Under the pieces are notes generated by a model that worked only from the letters and a program-made list of their open reading frames with translations, did no database searches and was not told the origin of the DNA. From NCBI GenBank assembly GCA_050618075.1, contig JBNLVL010000004.1, positions 166,750 to 230,749 of the forward strand: DNA of 64,000 nucleotides, given 5' to 3'. The position numbers and the translations under genes are program-made. This DNA is from Myxococcota bacterium. Lineage in GTDB: Bacteria; Myxococcota_A; UBA9160; UBA4427. Shown one piece after another: positions 24,932-34,377 of the stretch (position 1 is its first letter; every line of letters begins with the position of its first letter).

Positions 24932-26842
24932 TCAGCGGGTCGCGGGCTCCGGGCGGTACCAGATGGCCGAAGTGATCGCGCGCTCCTGCAGGGTGGCGGG
25001 CTCGGGCGCCGGCACCCCCATCGCGCGGGCATCGTAGGTGGACCAGCGCGGGGTGGGAATCTCGATCACCCGCGCGTAGTAGAAGGACTCCACCGTGGCA
25101 TCGAAGTCCGGGTCGCTCCAGACCGCGGAGAGCTGCGGAGCGCCGATGTTGTTCCGGTAGGTCGCACGCGCCACATCCACGCTGCTGCCCACGGGACCCA
25201 CGCGATGCCGGGCGTCGGGCAGCCGGCCGCCGGACGCCGCGACGTCGTAGATGCGCTCGTGGCTCGCCCCCTCTTCGTCGACCCAGCCCTTGACGATCTG
25301 CACCCGGTCGAGATGGGCGCCCCGTGGATCCTTGAGGGCGACGACCGCGAAGCGCGGCGCGCCGGCGACACCGGCGTCCCGGTGCAGCGTGCCGCCCATG
25401 GGCACCCCCTCCGCGTAGGCTCGCGCGGCGAAGTCCGGCGCGTCCACCAGCCCGGGCTCGAAGCTCCAGCCCCCGAAGAAGCGCACGCGGATGCGCGGCC
25501 CCGAGGTGGCGTAGGTCTCCTTCCGGCGCAGGGCGTCGAAGAGGGACTCGCGGGTGTTCTCCTCGGCCCAGACCGCGGCCAGCCCCTGGGCGCTCCATCT
25601 CAGGCCGCGATGCTGGCTCTCGGGAATCAGCAGGCTCTCGCCCAGACGGATGGCGACCGTGCCGTCGAGGAGCGGAAGCTTGCCGTGGTAGTCGTCCTCC
25701 TCGACGGGCGAGCTGGCGTTGTGGGAGTCGCTGCTGCCGATCACGCCGAAGCGGTACGGATTGAAGCCCTCCCGGGCCGACAGCTCGAGGCCGGTGCGGA
25801 GGGCGTACCGCGCATAGCTGCCCCGGGGCTCGCTCATCGCCCCGCTCGCCGAGAGCAGCCGGTCGTAGAGCTCGAAGCCGGCGAACTCGTCCTCGCTGGA
25901 CAGCAGGGGGTGGGTCTCCGAAGACCCCTTCACCTGCAGGATCTCGCTGATGGGCTCGTTGCGCATGCGCGTCTCGGCGTACTCCGCGGTGAGCGGCGCG
26001 CCGTCCAGGGTGACCCGGTCGTACATCAGGCCGCCGCTCACGTTGCCGTTGTGCGGAATGGCGATGACCTCGATGCCGTCGGCCCGCTGGGCCTCCAGCG
26101 CGCGCCAGAGGTCCTCGGGGTCGTCGGAGTCGAGCGAGCTGAAGGGAAGATCGGGCGCGCGGCTCCCGCGGTACACGACGTTGCGGTGGAGGTTCCTCTC
26201 GTCGGGCATCGAGCTCCACTCGTAGGCAACGAAGGTGGTGAAGCGCCCGGGCTCGTTGTGGCGCTCCGCCGCCGCCACGATGTCCCGCCAGGCGCGCCGC
26301 GAGACCTCGGCGTCCTCCCCTCCGAAGACCTCGTCGCGGGTCTCCAGGCTCCCCATCTGGAAGAGCGCGCGGTCGATGAACTCCCAGGTGATGCGCAGCC
26401 GGCTGCCGGTCTCGAGCACCGCTCGCAGGCTCGCGCCGGGATCGGGACCGCCCCGGCCGCGATGGCGAGCCACCCCCAGGTACTCGGCGTGGTCGGTCAC
26501 CGCGGCGAAGTCCAGGGGCCGCGAGGCGCGGATGGGGTAGCCGATCCCGTGCTGGATGGTCCCGCCCTTGGCGAAGGTGTAGGCGTCGTCGGGAAGCGCG
26601 ACCACACCGAACGTGTAGGCGTCGTACGAGTAGCTGGTGTGGATGTGGAGATCGCCCCAGAAGACGTTCCGATGCTCGTCGCGGCCCAGCGCGCGGAGCG
26701 GCGGCGCCGGCTCATCGAAGCGCGGATCGCCGACGGGATCGAGGGACGGGTCCTTCACCTCGGAGCAGGCCGCGACGAGGAGCGCCAGGGCCAGGAGGCG
26801 GGCAAAGGGGGTGCTCACGAGGCGGCGGACGACAGCTTCCAT
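24932..26842 (-). CDS. DUF3604 family lipoprotein (PHP-like metallohydrolase fold)
   Basis: Lipobox VAA-C, FWGDLHIHTSYSYDA, DHAE, NLHRNV, IPHNGN, DSHN, YATSGPR, TPRWS, QERA. Start ATG 26842. Confidence 0.88.
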   Translation of the reverse strand: MEAVVRRLVSTPFARLLALALLVAACSEVKDPSLDPVGDPRFDEPAPPLRALGRDEHRNVFWGDLHIHTSYSYDAYTFGVVALPDDAYTFAKGGTIQHGIGYPIRASRPLDFAAVTDHAEYLGVARHRGRGGPDPGASLRAVLETGSRLRITWEFIDRALFQMGSLETRDEVFGGEDAEVSRRAWRDIVAAAERHNEPGRFTTFVAYEWSSMPDERNLHRNVVYRGSRAPDLPFSSLDSDDPEDLWRALEAQRADGIEVIAIPHNGNVSGGLMYDRVTLDGAPLTAEYAETRMRNEPISEILQVKGSSETHPLLSSEDEFAGFELYDRLLSASGAMSEPRGSYARYALRTGLELSAREGFNPYRFGVIGSSDSHNASSPVEEDDYHGKLPLLDGTVAIRLGESLLIPESQHRGLRWSAQGLAAVWAEENTRESLFDALRRKETYATSGPRIRVRFFGGWSFEPGLVDAPDFAARAYAEGVPMGGTLHRDAGVAGAPRFAVVALKDPRGAHLDRVQIVKGWVDEEGASHERIYDVAASGGRLPDARHRVGPVGSSVDVARATYRNNIGAPQLSAVWSDPDFDATVESFYYARVIEIPTPRWSTYDARAMGVPAPEPATLQERAITSAIWYRPEPATR

Positions 26843-27037
26843 GGAGGCGACAGGGTAGACCGGATGGCTGGAGATGGCGGGCCGGGCTGGAGCCGTCCCG
26901 ATGCCCGGCTTCCCGGAGTATGATGCACCGGTCTCTCTGCACAGGAGATCCCGTGGCCGCCGCCCGAACCCCTGGACCCGCGGACGACTCGGCGCTGTCG
27001 GTCGACTCCCACGCAGACGGCGCGAGGCGCGCCTGAG

Positions 27038-27529
27038 ATGTGGTTTCCCATGCGCGAGGTCGACATGGACTTCCTCGACTCGGCGGACCGGGTCTGGGTG
27101 ATGGAGGCCCACGTCGCCGCCCCCCGGCCGGCGGTCTGGCGCGCCATCTGCGACCCCGGCGTCTGGCACGAATGGTTCCCCGGCGTCGAGAAGGCCTGGT
27201 ACGAGGGCGGCCCGCCCTACGGCGTGGGCACCACCCGCCGCGCGCGGGTCGGTGGCCAGGAGATGGAGGAGCGGATGGTCTGCTGGGACCACGAGGAGCG
27301 CTGGGCCTACACGCTGTGCGGCGCGAGCGTCCCCCTGGCCCGGGCCCAGCTGGAGTGCACCGAGCTCTTCGAAAGGGCGAACGGCACCTCCCTGCGCTGG
27401 ACCATCGCCGCCGACCGGGGCTGGCTGCTCCGGCTGGCGACTCCGATCTTCCACCGCACGGTCACGCGCCTGTGGCATCGCGTCGCTCGCAACCTCGAAG
27501 CCTGGCTGCGGGAACGACCGGACCGCTGA
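27038..27529 (+). CDS. SRPBCC (polyketide cyclase/START-like) family protein
   Basis: APRPAVW...W.EWFPG, GVGTTRR, helix-grip pattern. Confidence 0.85.
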   Translation: MWFPMREVDMDFLDSADRVWVMEAHVAAPRPAVWRAICDPGVWHEWFPGVEKAWYEGGPPYGVGTTRRARVGGQEMEERMVCWDHEERWAYTLCGASVPLARAQLECTELFERANGTSLRWTIAADRGWLLRLATPIFHRTVTRLWHRVARNLEAWLRERPDR

Positions 27530-27554
27530 AGGCCGTCCCGCAACGGAGAAGCCC

Positions 27555-28127
27555 ATGACCCAGAGGATTCCCCCGGCCCGCCCGGACCAGTGGAGCAAGC
27601 CCACCCAGGAGGTTCTCGGCGGCGCCGTCCCCGCGGCCGACCACCCACGCGGCGAGGGGCCGCCCAACATCCTCTACACCATCGCCCACCACCCCGGGCT
27701 GCTTCCGCCCTTCCTGACCTGGAGCGCCACGCTCGCGATGAGAGGCGTCCTCCCCCGTCGCGATTCGGAGCTGCTGGCCCTGCGCGCCTCGCTGCTCTCG
27801 GGGTCGGCCTTCGAATGGGGGCACCACGTGGAGTACGGACTGGCCGAGGGGCTCGATGCATCGGAGATCGAGCGCATCGCCGAGGGCCCGGACCACGAGG
27901 CGTGGTCTCCCCGCGACGCTTTGCTGCTGCGCGCGTGCGACGAGCTGCACGCCCGGCAGCAGCTCTCCGACCCCACGTTTCGCGCCCTGCGCGGCGAGCT
28001 CGACGAGGCCCAGATCGTGGAGCTCGTCTTCGTGGTCGGGCACTACACCATGCTCTCGATGGTGGCGAACGCGACGGGCGTCCCCCTGGAGTCGCGGCTC
28101 CCCCCGTTGCCCGCGGAGGCCCGGTAG
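27555..28127 (+). CDS. Carboxymuconolactone decarboxylase/AhpD family protein
   Basis: NILYTIAHHP, ELLALR, FEWGHH, DELH, VGHY. GGAG RBS. Confidence 0.87.
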   Translation: MTQRIPPARPDQWSKPTQEVLGGAVPAADHPRGEGPPNILYTIAHHPGLLPPFLTWSATLAMRGVLPRRDSELLALRASLLSGSAFEWGHHVEYGLAEGLDASEIERIAEGPDHEAWSPRDALLLRACDELHARQQLSDPTFRALRGELDEAQIVELVFVVGHYTMLSMVANATGVPLESRLPPLPAEAR

Positions 28128-28223
28128 CACCCGGCCCGGCTCAGCCCGGCCCGGCCCGGCCCCGGATGACCCGGCGACCGGCGGGCCCGGCGGAGTCGGG
28201 GGGCTCGCCGGCTGCGACGCCGC

Positions 28224-29945
28224 CTACCGGGTGCCCGTGAAGTCCTTGTACTTCTCCAGCAGGCGGACCGGCTGCTTCAGCGCGTCCCGGCGGAAGGGGT
28301 CTCCGAGCTCCTGGGTCACCATCACCTCGAGCACCGTCGGCCGGTCCGACGAAGTGGCCTCGCGCAGGGCGTCGCCCACCTGGTCCGGTGCGTCGACCCG
28401 CACACCCTGGGCGCCCATCGCCCGGGCGATCTCGGCGAAGCTCGGGTTCTCGAGGTTGCTGCCCAGGAAGCGGTTGTCGTAGAAGTCGATCTGGTTGCGC
28501 TTCTCGGCGCCCCACTGCCCGTTGTTGAACACCACCGCGGTGACGGGGATGTTCTCGCGTACGCAGGTCATGACCTCGGCGAGGCTCATCCCCCAGGCGC
28601 CGTCGCCCACGTAGGCGACGACCGGCCGGTCGGGCGCGGCGACCTTCGCCCCCATCGCCGTGGGGAAGGCGTAGCCGCAGTTGCCGAAGCTCATGGCCGC
28701 GAGGAAGCTGTTGGGCTTCTCGAAGCGCAGGTAGCTGTTGGACACCGAGCAGATGTTGCCGATGTCGGTCGCGACGATGGCGTCGGCGGGCATCGCCTTC
28801 TCGAGCTCCCGCAGGCAGCGGCGCGGGGGAATGGGCGATCCGTCCCCCGACGACATCTGGTCGAGCTCGGCCTCCCAGCTCTTCCTCTGCGCGTCGATCT
28901 CCGCGCGCCGCGCGTCGGCCCCGTCGCGCACGGGCGCCTTGCGGTCCGGCGCCTGGAGCCGCTCGAGGATGCTCGCGGCGGCGGCCCGGGCGTCGCCGCA
29001 GACCGCCACCTCGAAGGGGCGCACCAGTCCGAGCACCCGTGCGTCGGTGTCGACCTGGATGATCTTCGCGTTCTCGGGCCAGTACTCCATGCCGTACTGG
29101 GGCAGGGTTCCGAACGGACCCAGCCGCGAGCCGAGGGCCAGGACGACGTCCGCCTGCTCGACGATCCGCATCGCGGCCTTCGACCCCTGGTAGCCGATCG
29201 GGCCGCACATCAGCGGGTGACTGGCCGGGAAGGCGTCGTTGTGCAGGTAGCTCGTGATGACCGGCGCCCCGAGCCACTCCGCGAGGGCGACCGCCTCGGC
29301 CTGGCCGCGGGACATGACCACGCCGCCCCCGGCCATCACCACCGGGAACCGGGCGCCGGCCAGCAGCTCGGCTGCGGCCTCGAGGCTCTCGGCGCCGCCC
29401 GCCGACCTCTCGATGGCCCGGGGCACCGGGATCTCGGTGTCGAACTCGCCGTAGAAGTGGTCGCGGGGGATGTTGACCTGGGTGGGACCCCGTTCGAGCT
29501 GGGCGATCGTGAAGGCGCGGTGGGTGAGCTCGGCGATCCGCGCGGGCGAGCTCACGTGGGCCTGGTACTTCGTGATCTTCGAGAAGATCGGGAGCTGGTC
29601 GGTCTCCTGGAAGCCGCCGAGCCCCATGCCCATGCTGCCGGTCTCTGGGGTGATCGCGACCACGGGGGAGTGCGCCCAGTAGGCCGCGGCGATGGCCGTC
29701 ACGAAGTTGGTGATGCCCGGGCCGTTCTGGCCGACGCACACGCCGTGGCGGTCGGTGATGCGCGAGTAGCCGTCGGCCATGTGGGCCGCGTTCTGCTCGT
29801 GGGCGACGGAGATGAACCGGATTCCGGCGCCGGGGAACAGGTCGAGGGCGTCCATGTAGGCGGAGCCCACGATCCCGAATACGTCGGTGACACCGTGGGC
29901 CACGAGGGTTTCGACGAACGCTTCGCTGGCGCTGATCCGGGGCAT
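28224..29945 (-). CDS. xsc: Sulfoacetaldehyde acetyltransferase (TPP-dependent)
   Basis: SEAFVETL, FGIVGSAYMD, HEQNAAHMADGY, QNGPGITN, GGFQE, PIGYQGSK, DIGNICS, FGNCGYAFP, GDGAWG, WGAEKRNQ, LGDPFRRDA. Confidence 0.93.
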   Translation of the reverse strand: MPRISASEAFVETLVAHGVTDVFGIVGSAYMDALDLFPGAGIRFISVAHEQNAAHMADGYSRITDRHGVCVGQNGPGITNFVTAIAAAYWAHSPVVAITPETGSMGMGLGGFQETDQLPIFSKITKYQAHVSSPARIAELTHRAFTIAQLERGPTQVNIPRDHFYGEFDTEIPVPRAIERSAGGAESLEAAAELLAGARFPVVMAGGGVVMSRGQAEAVALAEWLGAPVITSYLHNDAFPASHPLMCGPIGYQGSKAAMRIVEQADVVLALGSRLGPFGTLPQYGMEYWPENAKIIQVDTDARVLGLVRPFEVAVCGDARAAAASILERLQAPDRKAPVRDGADARRAEIDAQRKSWEAELDQMSSGDGSPIPPRRCLRELEKAMPADAIVATDIGNICSVSNSYLRFEKPNSFLAAMSFGNCGYAFPTAMGAKVAAPDRPVVAYVGDGAWGMSLAEVMTCVRENIPVTAVVFNNGQWGAEKRNQIDFYDNRFLGSNLENPSFAEIARAMGAQGVRVDAPDQVGDALREATSSDRPTVLEVMVTQELGDPFRRDALKQPVRLLEKYKDFTGTR

Positions 29946-30147
29946 GCTTTCTCTCCTTTGCGGGCGGTGCACGAGCTCGAGACGGGCCGCGCCCGGCCCG
30001 ATAGTCTACTGCGAGTCGCCTCGGGGTCGACGGTTTTCGCGGCGTCGCGGCCGCTCGAGCGCGTCGCCGCGGAGCCTGCACCCAGGAGGCGGGAAACGGT
30101 CTAGACTCGGGCGGTCGCGCAGACGTGCCCCGCGCGAGGAGATTTCC

Positions 30148-31494
30148 ATGGCGGACCGCGAGCTCTCGGCCCTCGACGCCGAGTCCATCTGGCACCCCCT
30201 GACCCAGCACCAGGGCATCGAGGCCGCCCCTCCCCGCTTCATCGAGCGGGGCGAGGGCTGCTACCTCTACGACGGCGAGGGCAACCGCTGGCTCGACGCC
30301 GTGTCGGGGCTCTGGTGCGTGAACGTCGGTCACGGAAGGGAAGAGCTGGCCAAGGTGGCGGGCGAGCAGATGCAGAAGCTCGCCTACCTGCCCATGACGA
30401 TGAGTCACGAGCCCGCGATCCGCCTGGCCGCGAAGCTCGTGGAGCTGCTCGGCTACCCGGCGCGCGTCTACTACTCGAACAGCGGGTCCGAGGCCAACGA
30501 GGCCGCCATCAAGATGGCTCGCCAGTACCAGGCGCAGGTCGGCGGCGGCCCCGGGCGCTACAAGATCATCGCGCGGCACCGCGGCTACCACGGCAACACC
30601 CTGGGCGCGCTGAGCGCCACGGGCAACTGGGAACGCCGCCACGGCTACGAGCCGCTGGTGCCGGGCTTCGTCTTCACCGACGCCCCGGACCCCTATCGCG
30701 GCGTGGACCGCTGCGCCGAGAAGCTCGAGGAGACCATCCTGCGCGAAGGCGCCGACAGCGTCGCGGCCTTCATCATGGAGCCGGTCGTGGCCGGAGGCGG
30801 GCTCCTGATCCCGCCGGACGACTACCTGCCGCAGGTCCGCGAGATCTGCAGTCGACACGGAGTCCTGTTGATCCTCGACGAGGTCGTCACCGGGTTCGGA
30901 CGCACGGGCCGGATGTTCGCCCACCAGCACTGGGGGGTGGAGCCCGACATCATCACCCTCGCCAAGGGCATCGCCAGCGGCTACATGCCGCTCGCCGCGA
31001 CCGTCGCCCGCCGGGAGGTGTTCCGGGCCTTCGAGGGCACGCCGGCGAGCCACCGGCACTTCCGCCACGTGAACACCTTCGGCGGGCACCCGGTCGCCAC
31101 CGCGGTCGGCCTCCGGAACCTGGAGATCGTCGAGAGTGAAGGGCTGGTGGAGCGCGCGGCGGAGAGCGGAAGGCGGCTGGAGGCGAAGCTTCGGCCCCTC
31201 GCCGACCATCCCAACGTGGGCGATGTGCGCGGCCTGGGGCTGCTGCTCGGCATCGAGCTCGTCTCCAGCCGGGAGACGAAGGAGCCCGCACCGGGCGAGC
31301 GCGTCGCCTCGCTCGTCGCCGGCTGCGCGAAGCGGGGCGTGATCGTCGGCCGCACCGCGGAGACCAGCCCGGGTCGGGGAAACACCGTCATCATCGCGCC
31401 GCCGTTCGTCGCGGGCGAAGCCGAGCTCGACCTCATCGCCGACGCCGTCGCGGCGGCCCTGGCCGAGAGCTTCGGCGGCCAGGCCGTCGCCTGA
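30148..31494 (+). CDS. tpa: Class III PLP aminotransferase, likely taurine:pyruvate aminotransferase
   Basis: WHPLTQH, SGLWCVNVG, NSGSEANE, YHG, DEVVTGFGRTG, TLAKGIASGY. Divergent from xsc; substrate inferred from context. Confidence 0.8.
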   Translation: MADRELSALDAESIWHPLTQHQGIEAAPPRFIERGEGCYLYDGEGNRWLDAVSGLWCVNVGHGREELAKVAGEQMQKLAYLPMTMSHEPAIRLAAKLVELLGYPARVYYSNSGSEANEAAIKMARQYQAQVGGGPGRYKIIARHRGYHGNTLGALSATGNWERRHGYEPLVPGFVFTDAPDPYRGVDRCAEKLEETILREGADSVAAFIMEPVVAGGGLLIPPDDYLPQVREICSRHGVLLILDEVVTGFGRTGRMFAHQHWGVEPDIITLAKGIASGYMPLAATVARREVFRAFEGTPASHRHFRHVNTFGGHPVATAVGLRNLEIVESEGLVERAAESGRRLEAKLRPLADHPNVGDVRGLGLLLGIELVSSRETKEPAPGERVASLVAGCAKRGVIVGRTAETSPGRGNTVIIAPPFVAGEAELDLIADAVAAALAESFGGQAVA

Positions 31495-31515
31495 GCGCGC
31501 GAACCCACGACACCC

Positions 31516-32712
31516 TTGAACGTCCTCGTCACGAACTGCGGCAGCTCATCGCTCAAGTGCCGTGTCTTCGACGGCGCCGATGGGCTCCTGGGCAGCGGAA
31601 GCGTCGAGCGACTCTCCGGTGAACAGCAGGCGGAGCTCCGCTGTCGAGTCGGCGGGCGCGAGGAGCGGCGCGGGCTGCGCGCCTGCGGCCACGACCGCGC
31701 CTTCGACGCCCTCGTGGAGGTGCTGCTGCGTCCTCCCGCGGGCGGGCGATCGCCCGTGCTGGAGATCGACGCGGTGGGGCATCGCGTGGTCCACGGCGGC
31801 GAGCGCTTTCGCGAAGCCGTCCTGATCGACGACGCCGTCGAGCGCGAGATCGAATCGCTGATCCCCCTGGCCCCGCTGCACAACCCCGTCTGCCTGCTGG
31901 GCATCCGCGCGGCCCGACGACGCTTTCCCGAAGCGCGACACGTCGCCGTGTTCGACACCGCGTTCCACCAGACGCTGCCCGAGGAGGCCTTCCTCTACGC
32001 CCTGCCCTACGAGTGCTACACCGAGGACCGCGTGCGGCGGTACGGCTTCCACGGAAGCTCCCATCGGTTCGCCTCGGAGCGCGCCATCGAGCGACTGGGG
32101 GCGGAGACTGCGCCGAGCCGGGTGATCACGTGCCATCTGGGCGCCGGATGCTCCACGGCGGCCGTCCGGGACGGCCGGTCGATCGACACCTCGATGGGCA
32201 TGACCCCGCTCGAGGGCCTGGTGATGGCCACCCGCTCCGGGGACGTCGACCCCGCGCTGCTCGTCGGCCTCGGCGAACGGCGCGGCCTCGACGCCCGGGA
32301 GGTCGAGCAGATGCTCCTCCACCGCAGCGGCCTGCTCGGGCTCTCGGGCCTCAGCGGCGACATGAAGACCCTGCTCCGCGAGGCGGACGCCGGCCACGCG
32401 CGCGCCGATCTCGCGCTGCGGGTCTTCGTCCATCGGGTGCGCAAGTACATCGGGGCCCACTGGGCCGTCCTCGGAGGCGCCGACGCCATCGTCTTCACCG
32501 GCGGCGCCGGCGAGAACAGCCCCGCCCTGCGCAGTCGCATCCTGAGCGGGCTCGAAGGACTGGGCGCCGTGCTCGACCCCGCCGCCAACGAGGCGTGTGT
32601 GGGGCGCGAAGGGACGATCTCCCGGGACGACTCGCCGGTCGCCCTCTACGTGATCCCGGCGAACGAGGAGCTGGCCATCGCTCGCGAGACCCGGGCGCTG
32701 CTCTCGTCCTAG
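31516..32712 (+). CDS. ackA: Acetate kinase
   Basis: NCGSSSLK, GHRVVHGG, APLHNP, FDTAFH, GFHGSSH, TSMGMTPLEG, FTGGAGEN, NEE. Confidence 0.95.
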   Translation: MNVLVTNCGSSSLKCRVFDGADGLLGSGSVERLSGEQQAELRCRVGGREERRGLRACGHDRAFDALVEVLLRPPAGGRSPVLEIDAVGHRVVHGGERFREAVLIDDAVEREIESLIPLAPLHNPVCLLGIRAARRRFPEARHVAVFDTAFHQTLPEEAFLYALPYECYTEDRVRRYGFHGSSHRFASERAIERLGAETAPSRVITCHLGAGCSTAAVRDGRSIDTSMGMTPLEGLVMATRSGDVDPALLVGLGERRGLDAREVEQMLLHRSGLLGLSGLSGDMKTLLREADAGHARADLALRVFVHRVRKYIGAHWAVLGGADAIVFTGGAGENSPALRSRILSGLEGLGAVLDPAANEACVGREGTISRDDSPVALYVIPANEELAIARETRALLSS

Positions 32713-32814
32713 CCGGGGATCCGCTCCGCGCCCGAGCCGGACTACAATCTCGCTCGGGCGCGCGCGTAGGCGCCGCCCGCACCGTCCACCGGATCGCTGC
32801 CCCAGGAGACCGCC

Positions 32815-33405
32815 ATGTCCGAGCCCCCCGAGATCCGACCCGGCGAAGCGGCCGGCCGGCTCGCCGACTACCGCGTGGTGGACGTACGGGAGCCGAGCGA
32901 GTTCGAGGGACCGCTGGGTCGGGTCGCGGGCTCGGAGAACGTTCCGCTCGGCGAGGTCGGAAGCCACCTCGAGTCCTTCGCCGGGGGACCGCCGCTGCTC
33001 GTGGTCTGCCGCTCGGGCAACCGCTCCGGACGCGCCTGCCTGGCCCTGGCCGAACGCGGGGTCGCCGGAGCGACCAATCTGGCCGGAGGCATGATCGAAT
33101 GGAACGAGCACGGGCTCCCGGTGGTGCGCCGGGCGCTGGCAGACGTCCAGTCGATCCTGGAGACCCTCGCGATCTGGCTGTCCCAGGTGAAGCGTCTCTC
33201 TGCGCAGGAGGCCCGCGCCTGCGTGCGCGGGCGGCTGCCCGACCCGGCCGAGCGCGCTCCGAGCCCGGCCGCCGCCCGCTGCGCGGTCGACGGGGTGCTC
33301 GACCTCCTGCGGGCGCAGGGGGAGCCCCCGGCCGATGCCGTGCTCGTGAACCGCGTGCTACAGAGCGATCTCGCCCGCCTGGAGAGCGGCGCGGAGCCAT
33401 CGTGA
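32815..33405 (+). CDS. Rhodanese-domain sulfurtransferase with a helical C-terminal extension
   Basis: VDVREPSEF, active loop CRSGNRS, LAGGMIEW. TACAAT box and AGGAG RBS upstream. Confidence 0.88.
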   Translation: MSEPPEIRPGEAAGRLADYRVVDVREPSEFEGPLGRVAGSENVPLGEVGSHLESFAGGPPLLVVCRSGNRSGRACLALAERGVAGATNLAGGMIEWNEHGLPVVRRALADVQSILETLAIWLSQVKRLSAQEARACVRGRLPDPAERAPSPAAARCAVDGVLDLLRAQGEPPADAVLVNRVLQSDLARLESGAEPS

Positions 33406-34301
33406 CGGGACTCGGTCTCGCGCTGGCGGCGGTCATCGGCCTCTCCCTCGGGTTCTTCGGAGGCGGCGGCTCCATCCTCACCGTCCCGCTGCTGGTCTAC
33501 GTCTTCGGCCTGGAGCCCAAGGTCGCCATCGCAAGCTCGCTGCTCATCGTGGCCGTGGCGAGCCTGTCCGGAGCGCTCCAGCACGCGCGGGCGGGCAACC
33601 TCCAGCCGAGAACGGCCGTCGTGTTCGGAGCGGCGGGTCTCGCGGGCGCCTACCTCGGCGGGCGCGCCAGCGCGTGGGTCGCCGGCGAGATCCTGCTGGT
33701 GCTCTTCGCGGCCGTGATGATCGGCACCGCCCTGGCGATGTGGCGGGGTCGCCGGGCCGTCGACCCCGCGGCCACCAGCGTGGCCCCGATGAAGCTGGCG
33801 CTCCAGGGGACGATCGTCGGCGGATTCACCGGACTGGTGGGCGCCGGAGGCGGCTTCCTGATCGTGCCCGCCCTGGTGCTCTGGGCCGGCCTCCCCATGC
33901 CGGCGGCGGTGGGCACCTCGCTCGCCATCATCGTGGGCAACAGCCTGGCGGGCTTCGCGGGCTACGCCGCCCACGTGTCCGTCGACCCGGGGCTCGTGGC
34001 CTCGGTCGCCGGCGTGGCGGTGCTGGGCTCGTTCGGCGGCTCCCAGCTGGCCCGGCGCATCGACCCCGCCACCCTGCGCAAGGGGTTCGCGACGTTCGTG
34101 CTGGGCATGGGCGCGGTCATCCTCGTCCGGGAGGGCCAGCTGGTGGTGCAGACCGCCTCGGAGGCCCTGCCCTCGACCCTTCCCCAGCTCGTCTTCGTCC
34201 TCGTGGTGCTGGGCGCGGGCGTGGCCGCGGGCCGCGCCTCGCGCGCGGTGTCGTTCCCGCCGGTGGTGGATCTGCGCTTCGAGGAGGGCGACGGCATCTG
34301 A
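33402..34301 (+). CDS. TauE/SafE (TSUP) family sulfite exporter
   Basis: GFFGGGGSILTVP and GLVGAGGGFLIVP repeats, AVGTSL, ~9 TM helices. GTGA overlap with the rhodanese gene. Confidence 0.9.
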   Translation: MTGLGLALAAVIGLSLGFFGGGGSILTVPLLVYVFGLEPKVAIASSLLIVAVASLSGALQHARAGNLQPRTAVVFGAAGLAGAYLGGRASAWVAGEILLVLFAAVMIGTALAMWRGRRAVDPAATSVAPMKLALQGTIVGGFTGLVGAGGGFLIVPALVLWAGLPMPAAVGTSLAIIVGNSLAGFAGYAAHVSVDPGLVASVAGVAVLGSFGGSQLARRIDPATLRKGFATFVLGMGAVILVREGQLVVQTASEALPSTLPQLVFVLVVLGAGVAAGRASRAVSFPPVVDLRFEEGDGI

Positions 34302-34377
34302 GGGGACCCTGCTCCCGAAAGCGCCGGCTCGCCGCAAGCGAGAGCTGGTAGCATCCTCGCCGAGGGGGAGGCCGCAC

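Noticed and set aside
22440-26219. 1259-aa minus-strand ORF, and similar giants such as 23339..26923, 41688..44849, 56091..59501, 6812..9943 and 3970..6810
   Set aside because: Shadow or off-frame ORFs typical of very high GC DNA: Arg/Pro/Gly-rich, no motifs, overlapping well-supported genes.
29946-30147. TauR (GntR/MocR) operator or riboswitch between xsc and tpa
   Set aside because: No recognisable direct-repeat operator or aptamer consensus; only -10-like boxes.
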